Of a stretch of DNA of 64,000 nt, positions 19,819 to 31,800 are shown in pieces (within the stretch, counting starts at the first letter, position 1; every line of letters begins with the position of its first letter). Position numbers and translations under genes: made by a program. The stretch is taken from NCBI GenBank assembly GCA_000146045.2, contig BK006941.2:1024001-1088000 (forward strand). Reading direction: 5' to 3'. Under the pieces are notes generated by a model. It was not told where the DNA came from. It saw only the letters and a program-made list of their open reading frames with translations, and did not search any database. This DNA comes from TPA_inf: Saccharomyces. Lineage: Eukaryota.

Positions 19819-21480
19819 TTATTTTACAGTAAAGGATGCTACACCACCCCGGGCTAACTTTATGGCTTCTACTATTTCAGGTTCCCTTTCGCGTCTTTTA
19901 TCTAATCTTTCCTTTTTGTCTTGAATAAACTCTAACTCAGTTGAAAGATTGTTCCATGGTCTTGTGTCGCCTGTACCCGACATGATCAAAATCATAGTAC
20001 CTGGTGTAGCATTCTCGTATAATTGTGTTAGATGTTGCCCTATATCATGAAGAACCATGGACGCATCGAACGAAGGAGTTTCCTTCCGTGGCTTTTTATT
20101 ATAGTTGCGTGACCTCTCTAAGTTCTTGATTCTCCCCACAATAAGTTTGACATCTTTATTTAGATTCTCGTGAATATGGGTCCATGTCTCATCATCTTCG
20201 ACGCAACGGATTAACTGGCCCTTAGAATCGTCCTCAGTATGATTTTTAATAATCATATCGTTGAGAAGAACGGTTTTCACTTCAAAACGATGTAATTTGG
20301 TGAACAAGTTCTCCGTATTGATACCTATCCCAAATGCTAACCCATTTAAGATTTTTAATTTCGTCAATTCAAGACAAGCCCTTGCATCTTCGACAGAATC
20401 GTGTTCTCCGTTTTGAATGCTTTTATTCAGAAAGGTTTCGCTCAAGTATTTTAAACTTGGCTTGAAAGGATCGCCAGCTTTATGATGGTATATAATAGCT
20501 GTATCCACGACCAATGGATGTTTCAATTTCATGACTTTCAAATCATTCTGTAGCGAATGTCCTATCAAAATATCTGAACGACTTATTATCTTTAGTAAAT
20601 CTTTTTGTACTTCTCGCAATGTTTTCTTGGCACCAACAGTTAGTTTCTCTTCAGTTATACCACTGTAACGTGTCAAATAGTCCACTATGGGGACATCAGG
20701 TTTCACCAACTCTTCATAGATAACTTCATTGTCAAAATTCACTAGAGAAATCCTAGTTAGAACTAAACCTTGTTCGGAAAGACACATTTCACAGTCTAGT
20801 GCAAAGATGTGGGAGCCACCATGGGTAAAGTCAACAGTTTGTACCCAGTCTGTATCAAAATTGGTGTCTCCAGAATCCAGTGGGTAATCGTTTGCCACTA
20901 ACTGTTGTTCGGATAGAACCAAATCGTTAATAGTAATTTTCTTCTTCTTTTGTAACTCTTTCAATTTATTTATTTTCTCCATTTTGGACAATCCAACATT
21001 AATAAATGAATTGTAGGGCGAAAAGAGCGTCATCTTGGAACCAGGTGCCATCACGGGAAATGTATGAAACGTGGAGGCAATTTCTCCAGGAATATATTTG
21101 AAGTTATCATCACTGATTTCATTAAAGGTATTTTTTCCGTTCTCAAAATCATCTGGTTGTAAACCTGGAATGAACAGAACTATCATTTTCTGTAAACTTG
21201 ACCTGTTACAAATATCAATCCATTTGGGAGAGTTGTTTTCAGCCTGCAACAAGTATTGAGTCATGTCTCTTACATCCTTTATACCAATACCTTTTTCAAC
21301 CACAGACTTTAGCAATGTGCATGTCATAGGCTTTGCCTTTTTTTTCTTCTTATTCTTATTCACTTCCGATACCACATTTGTATGATCATCCTCTTGTACA
21401 GAAGTCTTGGATAACCTTCTTTTCTTTGATCCCAAAGCCAAATCACTCACGAAGTTAGTGTCAGGCCCTTCTACTTGCAT
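19819..21480 (-). CDS. RNH70: 3'-5' exoribonuclease of the DEDDh (REX) family, RNase H(70)
   Basis: 553-aa ORF with exonuclease motifs FALDCEMC, GHSLQNDLKVM and HDSVEDARA. Confidence 0.88.
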   Translation of the reverse strand: MQVEGPDTNFVSDLALGSKKRRLSKTSVQEDDHTNVVSEVNKNKKKKKAKPMTCTLLKSVVEKGIGIKDVRDMTQYLLQAENNSPKWIDICNRSSLQKMIVLFIPGLQPDDFENGKNTFNEISDDNFKYIPGEIASTFHTFPVMAPGSKMTLFSPYNSFINVGLSKMEKINKLKELQKKKKITINDLVLSEQQLVANDYPLDSGDTNFDTDWVQTVDFTHGGSHIFALDCEMCLSEQGLVLTRISLVNFDNEVIYEELVKPDVPIVDYLTRYSGITEEKLTVGAKKTLREVQKDLLKIISRSDILIGHSLQNDLKVMKLKHPLVVDTAIIYHHKAGDPFKPSLKYLSETFLNKSIQNGEHDSVEDARACLELTKLKILNGLAFGIGINTENLFTKLHRFEVKTVLLNDMIIKNHTEDDSKGQLIRCVEDDETWTHIHENLNKDVKLIVGRIKNLERSRNYNKKPRKETPSFDASMVLHDIGQHLTQLYENATPGTMILIMSGTGDTRPWNNLSTELEFIQDKKERLDKRREREPEIVEAIKLARGGVASFTVK

Positions 21481-21643
21481 GTTTGCCTGAGTATAGTCTA
21501 TTATTGTTTTCTTCCTCAGTCATCCTTGGTATTGCCATCGAGCAAAAATCTTCCCTCCATTTCTATTGTGTCCTCGCGCCACTTATAAAATACTAACAAT
21601 AAAATAATAGTGAACTACAACAATAAAATATACAAAAATATGT

Positions 21644-22561
21644 TTATACGCAAGGGTTTTGTGGAGTGCACGTTGGCGAAGCAGAGGACTTAAGTAGGCG
21701 TCTGATTTCCGTGCTGCTTAACTTCTCGCTCCAGCCGTCTTCCTCCCTTCCTCCAAGTACATTAACCACATGTACTGCCAATGGGCTCATGCCTTTTTCA
21801 ATCCTAGTCTTATTCACAGTCTCTGCCCCACTGACGGTTTCTCTACTCACAACTAAACATTCTATCTCGGGTACTTTCCCTGTGGGGCCGCACACGTCCC
21901 TTAAGGGAACTAGTTCTACGGAGAGATCCGGTTTTAACAACTTGATGAATTGATGTACGTGCCTGCATCGTGTATCATAAGGTTCAATCAACTCTTTGTA
22001 TTTCTTGTTTTGCAAGAGCTCATCGCACGTAATTCCACAAATTAACCTTTGTGACGTGATGAATGTAGAGACGCTCAACAATATTTTATGTCCATCGTGA
22101 ATGTGGTCGAACGTTCCGCCCAATGCGGTGACATGAAATTTGTTAGCATCTTTGGGACCTTCTATCTCTTCCATTATATTATCGTGTAATGCATAATGTT
22201 CTATACTATGGTATTGTCCTTGTCCCAACTCTAGCTTCCAAGTTTCAAAAGTGGATTCCTGTGGCAATAAAACCACTTTCCATTGCAAATTACTCTCGAC
22301 GAAATGAATATTGTTGAATATGATGTTGATTCCGCTGTTGATCATTCCATAGCCCAAAAGGACATCCCTGGTAATACTGTACATCTTCCCTAGCGCAGAA
22401 TCCAACTGGAATGAGGTTTTGAATTCAGGTACAATCACGATGTCTAGTTGACTTTGACATTCTCTTAAGAACGGAATAGTTTGCCCTATAATCCTCTGCA
22501 AAGTAGCACTAGGCGGTGTATAAGGAAGAACAATCAAAACTCTGGAATTTTCCTCAACCAT
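21644..22561 (-). CDS. CAB4: Pantetheine-phosphate adenylyltransferase (CoA biosynthesis)
   Basis: 305-aa ORF with nucleotidyltransferase signature GGTFDHIHDGHKILL ((H/T)xGH motif). Confidence 0.85.
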   Translation of the reverse strand: MVEENSRVLIVLPYTPPSATLQRIIGQTIPFLRECQSQLDIVIVPEFKTSFQLDSALGKMYSITRDVLLGYGMINSGINIIFNNIHFVESNLQWKVVLLPQESTFETWKLELGQGQYHSIEHYALHDNIMEEIEGPKDANKFHVTALGGTFDHIHDGHKILLSVSTFITSQRLICGITCDELLQNKKYKELIEPYDTRCRHVHQFIKLLKPDLSVELVPLRDVCGPTGKVPEIECLVVSRETVSGAETVNKTRIEKGMSPLAVHVVNVLGGREEDGWSEKLSSTEIRRLLKSSASPTCTPQNPCV

Positions 22562-22730
22562 CTTACACTTCTTTACTTTAGATTTTTAGGTTTAATCACG
22601 TCTCTTTTTATGACGGTCCTTATTTTTATCTTTTTCCATTACGTACTCTTGAAAAATTATATTACACTGATATTTATTTTGGCATTGTGAGTAAGAAACC
22701 TAAAAAGGAATAAAAAGGCTACAAACCAGC

Positions 22731-24464
22731 ATGTCTACCGCTACCATACAGGATGAAGACATTAAATTTCAGAGAGAAAACTGGGAAATGATAAGGTCAC
22801 ACGTTTCACCCATAATATCCAATTTAACAATGGACAACTTACAGGAATCGCACAGAGACTTATTTCAAGTCAATATACTTATTGGCCGCAACATAATTTG
22901 TAAAAATGTTGTGGATTTTACTCTGAACAAACAGAATGGCAGGCTAATCCCTGCTTTATCCGCTTTGATTGCCTTGCTAAATTCTGATATTCCAGATATT
23001 GGAGAAACTTTAGCAAAAGAACTAATGTTAATGTTCGTGCAGCAATTCAATCGCAAAGATTACGTGTCCTGCGGAAATATCCTTCAATGTCTGTCCATTT
23101 TATTTCTTTATGATGTAATTCATGAAATCGTGATCTTACAGATTCTATTGCTACTCCTTGAAAAGAATTCTTTACGACTGGTCATTGCCGTGATGAAAAT
23201 ATGTGGCTGGAAACTTGCACTTGTCAGTAAGAAAACCCATGATATGATTTGGGAGAAGTTAAGATATATTTTGCAAACACAGGAGTTATCTAGTACACTA
23301 CGTGAGTCGTTAGAGACTCTGTTTGAAATAAGGCAAAAAGATTATAAATCTGGGTCTCAAGGTCTGTTTATATTGGACCCAACTAGTTACACAGTTCATA
23401 CGCACTCCTATATTGTTAGTGATGAGGATGAAGCCAACAAAGAACTGGGAAATTTTGAAAAGTGTGAAAATTTCAATGAACTAACCATGGCGTTTGATAC
23501 GCTACGACAGAAGCTGCTGATAAATAATACGTCCGACACAAATGAAGGTAGTAACAGTCAATTACAAATCTATGACATGACATCTACCAATGATGTCGAG
23601 TTTAAAAAGAAGATTTATTTGGTTCTGAAAAGTTCATTATCAGGTGACGAAGCGGCTCACAAATTGCTAAAATTAAAGATTGCGAACAATTTGAAAAAAA
23701 GCGTGGTAGATATAATCATCAAATCTAGTTTGCAGGAATCTACATTCTCTAAATTTTATTCTATTTTGTCCGAACGTATGATAACGTTCCACAGGAGTTG
23801 GCAGACAGCTTACAATGAAACTTTTGAGCAGAATTATACACAAGATATCGAAGATTATGAAACTGACCAACTGCGAATCTTAGGTAAGTTTTGGGGACAC
23901 TTAATATCTTATGAATTTCTTCCAATGGACTGTCTTAAGATAATTAAGTTAACTGAGGAAGAATCGTGTCCTCAAGGAAGAATTTTCATCAAATTTTTAT
24001 TTCAAGAGCTCGTAAATGAGCTCGGATTAGATGAGCTGCAATTAAGGCTAAACTCCAGCAAGCTTGACGGAATGTTTCCGCTGGAAGGAGACGCCGAACA
24101 TATAAGATACTCCATAAATTTCTTTACTGCCATAGGATTGGGCCTGCTCACAGAGGACATGAGAAGCCGGTTGACAATTATTCAAGAAGTTGAGGATGCA
24201 GAGGAAGAAGAAAAAAAATTGAGAGAAGAGGAGGAACTTGAAAAGTTACGGAAGAAGGCCAGAGAGTCACAACCAACCCAAGGGCCAAAAATTCACGAAT
24301 CCAGGTTATTTTTACAGAAGGACACCAGAGAAAATAGTAGATCAAGATCGCCATTCACAGTGGAAACAAGAAAACGTGCTAGATCCAGAACTCCACCAAG
24401 AGGATCGAGAAACCATCGTAACAGATCCAGGACTCCGCCTGCAAGAAGGCAACGGCATAGATGA
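22731..24464 (+). CDS. CWC22: Spliceosome-associated protein with MIF4G and MA3 domains and an RS-like C-terminal tail
   Basis: 577-aa ORF. C-terminus SRSRSPFTVETRKRARSRTPPRGSRNHRNRSRTPPARRQRHR. Confidence 0.88.
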   Translation: MSTATIQDEDIKFQRENWEMIRSHVSPIISNLTMDNLQESHRDLFQVNILIGRNIICKNVVDFTLNKQNGRLIPALSALIALLNSDIPDIGETLAKELMLMFVQQFNRKDYVSCGNILQCLSILFLYDVIHEIVILQILLLLLEKNSLRLVIAVMKICGWKLALVSKKTHDMIWEKLRYILQTQELSSTLRESLETLFEIRQKDYKSGSQGLFILDPTSYTVHTHSYIVSDEDEANKELGNFEKCENFNELTMAFDTLRQKLLINNTSDTNEGSNSQLQIYDMTSTNDVEFKKKIYLVLKSSLSGDEAAHKLLKLKIANNLKKSVVDIIIKSSLQESTFSKFYSILSERMITFHRSWQTAYNETFEQNYTQDIEDYETDQLRILGKFWGHLISYEFLPMDCLKIIKLTEEESCPQGRIFIKFLFQELVNELGLDELQLRLNSSKLDGMFPLEGDAEHIRYSINFFTAIGLGLLTEDMRSRLTIIQEVEDAEEEEKKLREEEELEKLRKKARESQPTQGPKIHESRLFLQKDTRENSRSRSPFTVETRKRARSRTPPRGSRNHRNRSRTPPARRQRHR

Positions 24465-24797
24465 AGAGCCCGGCCAAACAAACATTACACATGTAATCGT
24501 ACATATTTACATAGAACCGTACACGCTTTTAGCCAAAAAAAAAAGAAAGGTAGAATATAAAATAAAAACTCGTATTTCGTATTAAGACAAATATACAGAA
24601 ATACAAATGAGATCATAAACGAACTAAAATAGGAAAATGAAAAAAAAAAAAAAAGATTAGCGAAGGCAAACCAGAAAGCAGTCCTTTGATATAACAGAGA
24701 AAAAGAAGATTATCAAAGCCTTAATTTAAAGTTAAAAATATTGGGTATCGTTTTTTAAATCAAGATTTTTTTTGTTTTTTTTTACAATTGAGTAGAC

Positions 24798-25958
24798 TTA
24801 TTCATTGGATAGAATACCCCAGTATTTTTCAACACCGTAAGCACCGTCGGCCTTCCAGTAGTCGTTGAAGGCAGTGAATAAGAAGGTATCAGCACCACAG
24901 GAGCTGGTAATGGCGGAAACAGCGTCCTTTTGATTTTCCTTAGATGGAACAGCAACACCGTAAGTCTCACCCTTTGATGGCCAACCAGACTCAGTGATAA
25001 CAACATTCTTCTTACCATCACAAGCAGTCCAGACTCTTTGGATTTGTTCTAGTAACCATTTACCGGAGTCTTGGGCAACTGTGTTCTTGTCAAAGTAAGC
25101 ATGGGCATTAACAGCCATGTAGTCGGAGTAGTCACACAATTCAGGGTTGTTGATCACAGCAATAAAAGTATCAACAGAAACAACTGGACCAGTGTAACCG
25201 GCAGCCTTCAAGGCAGATCTACCAGAGTCAATGTATTGACCGACTTGGGATGGGGTAGCTTGGTTACCGTTAACCAATTCGTTACCAATGGAAACAGTGG
25301 TGACATCGTCCCAAGAACCGTAAGATTCAACAGCAGACTTGATGGTGTTGACACCGTCTTGGATTTGGTCAACGTAGTAAATACCTAAAAAGACTTTTTG
25401 GTTCGAAGCCTTAGCCTTGAAAACATTTTCAACTTGGTTACAGTCGGTACCGTACAATCTAATGACTGGGAAGTCAGTCAATTGAGCTAAATCGGAAGCA
25501 ACTTCCGAAGCGGATTTACAAGCACCGCTGGACTCGTATGGGGTATAAGTGATACCTCTGACACCAGAGGCAAAGCTGCTGACGTCTTCGCCGGAAGAAC
25601 TAGAGGAAGAAGCTTGGGAGGAAGAGGAAGATTGAGTAGATGTAGCAGCAGAGCTGGAGGCTGGAGATGCGGCAGCAGAAACTTGTGAGTTGTTCTCAGA
25701 AGAGGAAGCAGCAGCGGTAGCTACAGAAGCAGCAGACGATGTTGTACTGGTAGCGGCAGCTGGAGCGGAGTTGACAACAGCATTTTCTTCCAAAGCAGCA
25801 ACTGGAGTTGAAGCGGCACCATTAACAATGATAGTGGTTTGTTTTTGAACAGTGGTAGTGACCACAGCACGCTTGTCCTTGTGTTCGTGGTTAGCGGGAG
25901 CAGCAAGAGTAGCAGCAGATAAAAGAGAGGCAGAAGCAATTAGGTTAGAGAGACGCAT
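24798..25958 (-). CDS. SCW4: Soluble cell-wall protein, GH17 glucanase family
   Basis: 386-aa ORF. N-terminal signal peptide MRLSNLIASASLLSAATLA, a Ser/Ala/Thr-rich linker, and a GH17 core (ITESGWPSKG, YWGI). Confidence 0.9.
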   Translation of the reverse strand: MRLSNLIASASLLSAATLAAPANHEHKDKRAVVTTTVQKQTTIIVNGAASTPVAALEENAVVNSAPAAATSTTSSAASVATAAASSSENNSQVSAAASPASSSAATSTQSSSSSQASSSSSSGEDVSSFASGVRGITYTPYESSGACKSASEVASDLAQLTDFPVIRLYGTDCNQVENVFKAKASNQKVFLGIYYVDQIQDGVNTIKSAVESYGSWDDVTTVSIGNELVNGNQATPSQVGQYIDSGRSALKAAGYTGPVVSVDTFIAVINNPELCDYSDYMAVNAHAYFDKNTVAQDSGKWLLEQIQRVWTACDGKKNVVITESGWPSKGETYGVAVPSKENQKDAVSAITSSCGADTFLFTAFNDYWKADGAYGVEKYWGILSNE

Positions 25959-26384
25959 ATTTTTCTAGTTTGCTTTTCGGTATGGCTTGCTAGTATATAA
26001 ACGATTGTAGATGTAAAAGAATGACTTAGTTGGATTTAGTTAGATATCTAGCTGGACCTTTGTGTAAACACTATTAAAAGAATAGAATAAGGGCTAAAAG
26101 AACTACTAAACAGAAAACAATTATGACAGAAGATAAAGAATACATATCTATTAGTTTTATAAAACAGAGATCTTCTCCTCGAGGAATGGGAGAAAACAGA
26201 AAAAAAAAAACAAAAACAACGGTGCCGTTTTTGAAACAACACCACAAGAGAAAATTTCTGAAAAAAATGCGCGTGAAAAGGAATCATGTGCCTATTTTCC
26301 TCATTTGGAGAGGCTAAACGAAAAGGGAAAAGAGGTGCGTTGCGCGTGTTTCTAGGGAGAAGATCCTATTGCAGCAGGGTGTCG

Positions 26385-26392
26385 CGCGAAAA
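26385..26392. promoter_or_regulatory. SCB/MCB-like CGCGAAAA element in a locally GC-rich block upstream of SCW4
   Basis: gtCGCGCGAAAAgcgg sits ~430 bp upstream of the SCW4 ATG (minus-strand gene), inside an unusually GC-rich 200-bp island. Confidence 0.3.
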
Positions 26393-26909
26393 GCGGTGCC
26401 TACAAATTACAAAACCCTCTGGGAAATGACCGTGCAGGGTCGTTTGTGGATGCATCTCGATTAGGCCGGGCTAGGCATCTTGATTCTTTCCCAAAATGGA
26501 GTTAACGAGCTCGATTGGGCGTTAATTGATGGATTTGGTTACACTGATACGAATTGAGCCCGTTTATCATTCATGCAGCGGCTTTATGGAGGGTGTGGAA
26601 GACGTTAGCGATGTTATGCTTTCCACTTGCTCTACTATCTTCCATCAAACCCACCTAATAAAGCTGAAGGTTTTGCAGGGGCAGAAGTCGTGGCGCAATA
26701 AGTTCAATAAATACTTATAATATTACTTACTAGTTTAATCATGTATGTAAAAACTCGTTGCGGTATGCTGTCGTACTGGCACACATTTTTTTTTTTCATT
26801 TTTATTTGCTTTTTTCTTTGGCACCGGGGAAGAATTTTTCCCCACTCTATATATCTTGCTGCGTGTGCAGACTGGCCAGCTGCTCACACAATGAAACGCA
26901 ATGGAATGT

Positions 26910-27725
26910 TTAGTCGTTTGTTATCATAAAGATCTCATTCAGTGCCTTGGAGTCCATCAACGCGGCCCTCTTTTGTTTTATCCATTTGGAGCGCACCGAT
27001 AGTCTTGTGTTTACCGCATCGGGGATATTGGATGCAGATTCACTAGATTTTAATTTTGACGTCTTTTTCGTTTCTTTGGTCTTTTCCGCCCTTTTTTCCT
27101 TCTTCAATCTCTTCTCTTCCTTTTTATGTTTCTTATGCTCCTTTTTGTCCTTCTTGTCTTTTTTCTTGTCTTTCTTATGCTTTTTGTGCTTCTTGTGCTT
27201 CTTTTTATCACTGTCTTTATCCTCTTTGTCGTCATCATCTTCATCTTCGCTATCGTCTCCTTCCCTCTTTCGTTTCTTCGCGTTGGAGTAATTTCTTAAC
27301 TTGTGAGTCTTTGGATCCCACGTGCTTGCTAAAACTTCACCCTTCACAAAATGGATACCCCATTTTCCGTCAATAATCTTCTGCTTTCTCTGCGTGTCCA
27401 ATTCCTCTGATATTTTGCTTTCCTTTCCGTTCAGCCTACCAAGAATTCGCTGGAAGACATCCAACCCTGCGCATTCACCATTATCAAACTCGTCTTTTTT
27501 GTCTTTACGTTTTAATTTAGCACCGAGCCCAACGTTGTCGTCCTTAATTGACACTTTGATATGCGAAGTGTTCGAATTCATGGGGGATAACCCCAGACCC
27601 ATACCGGGTTTCCATCCAAACTTTTCTAGAAATTGGTGCCCGAATCTCGAGGTGTCGTTACTCCATGCCGTATTTCTGGGGTCTAAACCAAACCGCTGTT
27701 TGGTTCTTGTAGCTGCCAAACCCAT
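26910..27725 (-). CDS. PXR1: G-patch nucleolar protein with a lysine-rich KKE/D repeat region (snoRNA/rRNA processing, telomerase inhibitor)
   Basis: 271-aa ORF. N-terminal G-patch (TSRFGHQFLEKFGWKPGMGLG) and a C-proximal KKHKKHKKHKKDKKKDKKDKKEHKKHKK array. Confidence 0.85.
   Translation of the reverse strand: MGLAATRTKQRFGLDPRNTAWSNDTSRFGHQFLEKFGWKPGMGLGLSPMNSNTSHIKVSIKDDNVGLGAKLKRKDKKDEFDNGECAGLDVFQRILGRLNGKESKISEELDTQRKQKIIDGKWGIHFVKGEVLASTWDPKTHKLRNYSNAKKRKREGDDSEDEDDDDKEDKDSDKKKHKKHKKHKKDKKKDKKDKKEHKKHKKEEKRLKKEKRAEKTKETKKTSKLKSSESASNIPDAVNTRLSVRSKWIKQKRAALMDSKALNEIFMITND
27060..27250. repeat. Cryptic trinucleotide-based repeat encoding the PXR1 KKx/KKD lysine-rich array
   Basis: cttcttgtgcttctttttgtc... 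reiterations, with shadow ORFs 26947..27291 and 27056..27376 on the opposite strand. Confidence 0.7.
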
Positions 27726-28823
27726 TCTGCTTCTTTGTTTAATGGTGTAAGCTGCCTATATGTTACTATTGAGTACTCATCTCATCGCTTCTTTCAGAAC
27801 AAAATTTTTCATATTTTTTTTTTTTCCTTTTCTTTTTTTTTTTTTCTTTGACTGTTACCCGGTTGTTTATATTTGTAGGAAAACAACAACGACAGAGAAA
27901 ATATCCTTGCAGTGGCGGCTAATTTGTTAGTTGACTGATTGATCACCTTCACTTATTAAAGTAAAATCAGCATACAAGAGATCAGAAGGGAGAAAGAGAG
28001 TGGGCAAGGCTATAGTACTTTGAAGAAAGCATCTTTGAACCGACCAGTTCTCTTCACAAGCAAAATCTATATGACTAACCGCAAGGGGCAAAGGGTTGTG
28101 AGAGGGCCCGTCTTTCTCCCGCTATAGCCGTCACTGGTATCCCTCCTGGCTGCACAAATCCGATAGAAAGGGGAAGAAGGAAGTTTAGTGCCACCTTATA
28201 GCACGCAGTTACTGTTTACGCTAAGGAGAGGCATACTCAATTTTTATTAGTCGCCTTCTTTAGTTGCTGCGTTTTTATCCACGGTTCTCTACTAAATGCT
28301 TGCGATAAGCGCTTCTATTTTCCTCCCCACCGCGAGGCGGAAATGGCACATTTTTTTTCTTTTGCTTCTGTGCTTTTGTTGTAATTTTTGGCATGTGCTA
28401 TTGTATGAAGATAACGCGTGGTTCCGTGGAAATAGCCGGAAATTTTGCCGGGAATATGACGGACATGATTTAACACCCGTGGAAATGAAAAAAGCCAAGG
28501 TAAGAAAGTGGCAATATTTTTCCTACAAATAGATCTGCTGTCCCTTAAATGATTACCATACATATATATATTTATTACACATCTGTCAGAGGTAGCTAGC
28601 GAAGGTGTCACTGAAATATTTTTTGTTCCAGTTAGTATAAATACGGAGGTAGAACAGCTCTCCGCGTGTATATCTTTTTTTGCGCTATACAAGAACAGGA
28701 AGAACGCATTTCCATACCTTTTTCTCCTTACAGGTGCCCTCTGAGTAGTGTCACGAACGAGGAAAAAGATTAATATTACTGTTTTTATATTCAAAAAGAG
28801 TAAAGCCGTTGCTATATACGAAT

Positions 28824-31800
28824 ATGACGATTACCGTGGGGGATGCAGTTTCGGAGACGGAGCTGGAAAACAAAAGTCAAAACGTGGTACTATCTCCCAA
28901 GGCATCTGCTTCTTCAGACATAAGCACAGATGTTGATAAGGACACATCGTCTTCTTGGGATGACAAATCTTTGCTGCCTACAGGTGAATATATTGTGGAC
29001 AGAAATAAGCCCCAAACCTACTTGAATAGCGATGATATCGAAAAAGTGACAGAATCTGATATTTTCCCTCAGAAACGTCTGTTTTCATTCTTGCACTCTA
29101 AGAAAATTCCAGAAGTACCACAAACCGATGACGAGAGGAAGATATATCCTCTGTTCCATACAAATATTATCTCTAACATGTTTTTTTGGTGGGTTCTACC
29201 CATCCTGCGAGTTGGTTATAAGAGAACGATACAGCCGAACGATCTCTTCAAAATGGATCCGAGGATGTCTATAGAGACCCTTTATGACGACTTTGAAAAA
29301 AACATGATTTACTATTTTGAGAAGACGAGGAAAAAATACCGTAAAAGACATCCAGAAGCGACAGAAGAAGAGGTTATGGAAAATGCCAAACTACCTAAAC
29401 ATACAGTTCTGAGAGCTTTATTATTCACTTTTAAGAAACAGTACTTCATGTCGATAGTGTTTGCAATTCTCGCTAATTGTACATCCGGTTTTAACCCCAT
29501 GATTACCAAGAGGCTAATTGAGTTTGTCGAAGAAAAGGCTATTTTTCATAGCATGCATGTTAACAAAGGTATTGGTTACGCTATTGGTGCATGTTTGATG
29601 ATGTTCGTTAACGGGTTGACGTTCAACCATTTCTTTCATACATCCCAACTGACTGGTGTGCAAGCTAAGTCTATTCTTACTAAAGCTGCCATGAAGAAAA
29701 TGTTTAATGCATCTAATTATGCGAGACATTGTTTTCCTAACGGTAAAGTGACTTCTTTTGTAACAACAGATCTCGCTAGAATTGAATTTGCCTTATCTTT
29801 TCAGCCGTTTTTGGCTGGGTTCCCTGCAATTTTGGCTATTTGCATTGTTTTATTGATCGTTAACCTTGGACCCATTGCCTTAGTTGGGATTGGTATTTTT
29901 TTCGGTGGGTTTTTCATATCCTTATTTGCATTTAAGTTAATTCTGGGCTTTAGAATTGCTGCGAACATCTTCACTGATGCTAGAGTTACCATGATGAGAG
30001 AAGTGCTGAATAATATAAAAATGATTAAATATTATACGTGGGAGGATGCGTATGAAAAAAATATTCAAGATATTAGGACCAAAGAGATTTCTAAAGTTAG
30101 AAAAATGCAACTATCAAGAAATTTCTTGATTGCTATGGCCATGTCTTTGCCTAGTATTGCTTCATTGGTCACTTTCCTTGCAATGTACAAAGTTAATAAA
30201 GGAGGCAGGCAACCTGGTAATATTTTTGCCTCTTTATCTTTATTTCAGGTCTTGAGTTTGCAAATGTTTTTCTTACCTATTGCTATTGGTACTGGAATTG
30301 ACATGATCATTGGATTGGGCCGTTTGCAAAGCTTATTGGAGGCTCCAGAAGATGATCCAAATCAGATGATTGAAATGAAGCCTTCTCCTGGCTTTGATCC
30401 AAAATTGGCTTTAAAAATGACACATTGCTCATTTGAGTGGGAAGATTATGAATTAAACGACGCTATTGAAGAAGCAAAAGGAGAAGCTAAAGATGAAGGT
30501 AAAAAGAACAAAAAAAAGCGTAAGGATACATGGGGTAAGCCATCTGCAAGTACTAATAAGGCGAAAAGATTGGACAATATGTTGAAAGACAGAGACGGCC
30601 CGGAAGATTTAGAAAAAACTTCGTTTAGGGGTTTCAAGGACTTGAACTTCGATATTAAAAAGGGCGAATTTATTATGATTACGGGACCTATTGGTACTGG
30701 TAAATCTTCATTATTGAATGCGATGGCAGGATCAATGAGAAAAACTGATGGTAAGGTTGAAGTCAACGGGGACTTATTAATGTGTGGTTATCCATGGATT
30801 CAAAATGCATCTGTAAGAGATAACATCATATTCGGTTCACCATTCAATAAAGAAAAGTATGATGAAGTAGTTCGTGTTTGCTCTTTGAAAGCTGATCTGG
30901 ATATTTTACCGGCAGGCGATATGACCGAAATTGGGGAACGTGGTATTACTTTATCTGGTGGTCAAAAGGCACGTATCAATTTAGCCAGGTCTGTTTATAA
31001 GAAGAAGGATATTTATCTATTCGACGATGTCCTAAGTGCTGTCGATTCTCGTGTTGGTAAACACATCATGGATGAATGTCTAACCGGAATGCTTGCTAAT
31101 AAAACCAGAATTTTAGCAACGCATCAATTGTCACTGATTGAGAGAGCTTCTAGAGTCATCGTTTTAGGTACTGATGGCCAAGTCGATATTGGTACTGTTG
31201 ATGAGCTAAAAGCTCGTAATCAAACTTTGATAAATCTTTTACAATTCTCTTCTCAAAATTCGGAGAAAGAGGATGAAGAACAGGAAGCGGTTGTTGCCGG
31301 TGAATTGGGACAACTAAAATATGAATCAGAGGTAAAGGAATTGACTGAACTGAAGAAAAAGGCTACAGAAATGTCACAAACTGCAAATAGTGGTAAAATT
31401 GTAGCGGATGGTCATACTAGTAGTAAAGAAGAAAGAGCAGTCAATAGTATCAGTCTGAAAATATACCGTGAATACATTAAAGCTGCAGTAGGTAAGTGGG
31501 GTTTTATCGCACTACCGTTGTATGCAATTTTAGTCGTTGGAACCACATTCTGCTCACTTTTTTCTTCCGTTTGGTTATCTTACTGGACTGAGAATAAATT
31601 CAAAAACAGACCACCCAGTTTTTATATGGGTCTTTACTCCTTCTTTGTGTTTGCTGCTTTCATATTCATGAATGGCCAGTTCACCATACTTTGCGCAATG
31701 GGTATTATGGCATCGAAATGGTTAAATTTGAGGGCTGTGAAAAGAATTTTACACACTCCAATGTCATACATAGATACCACACCTTTGGGACGTATTCTGA

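Noticed and set aside
26947-27376. 114- and 106-aa plus-strand ORFs opposite PXR1
   Set aside because: They are shadow ORFs of the lysine-codon repeat, with Ser/Phe/Leu-rich nonsense composition.
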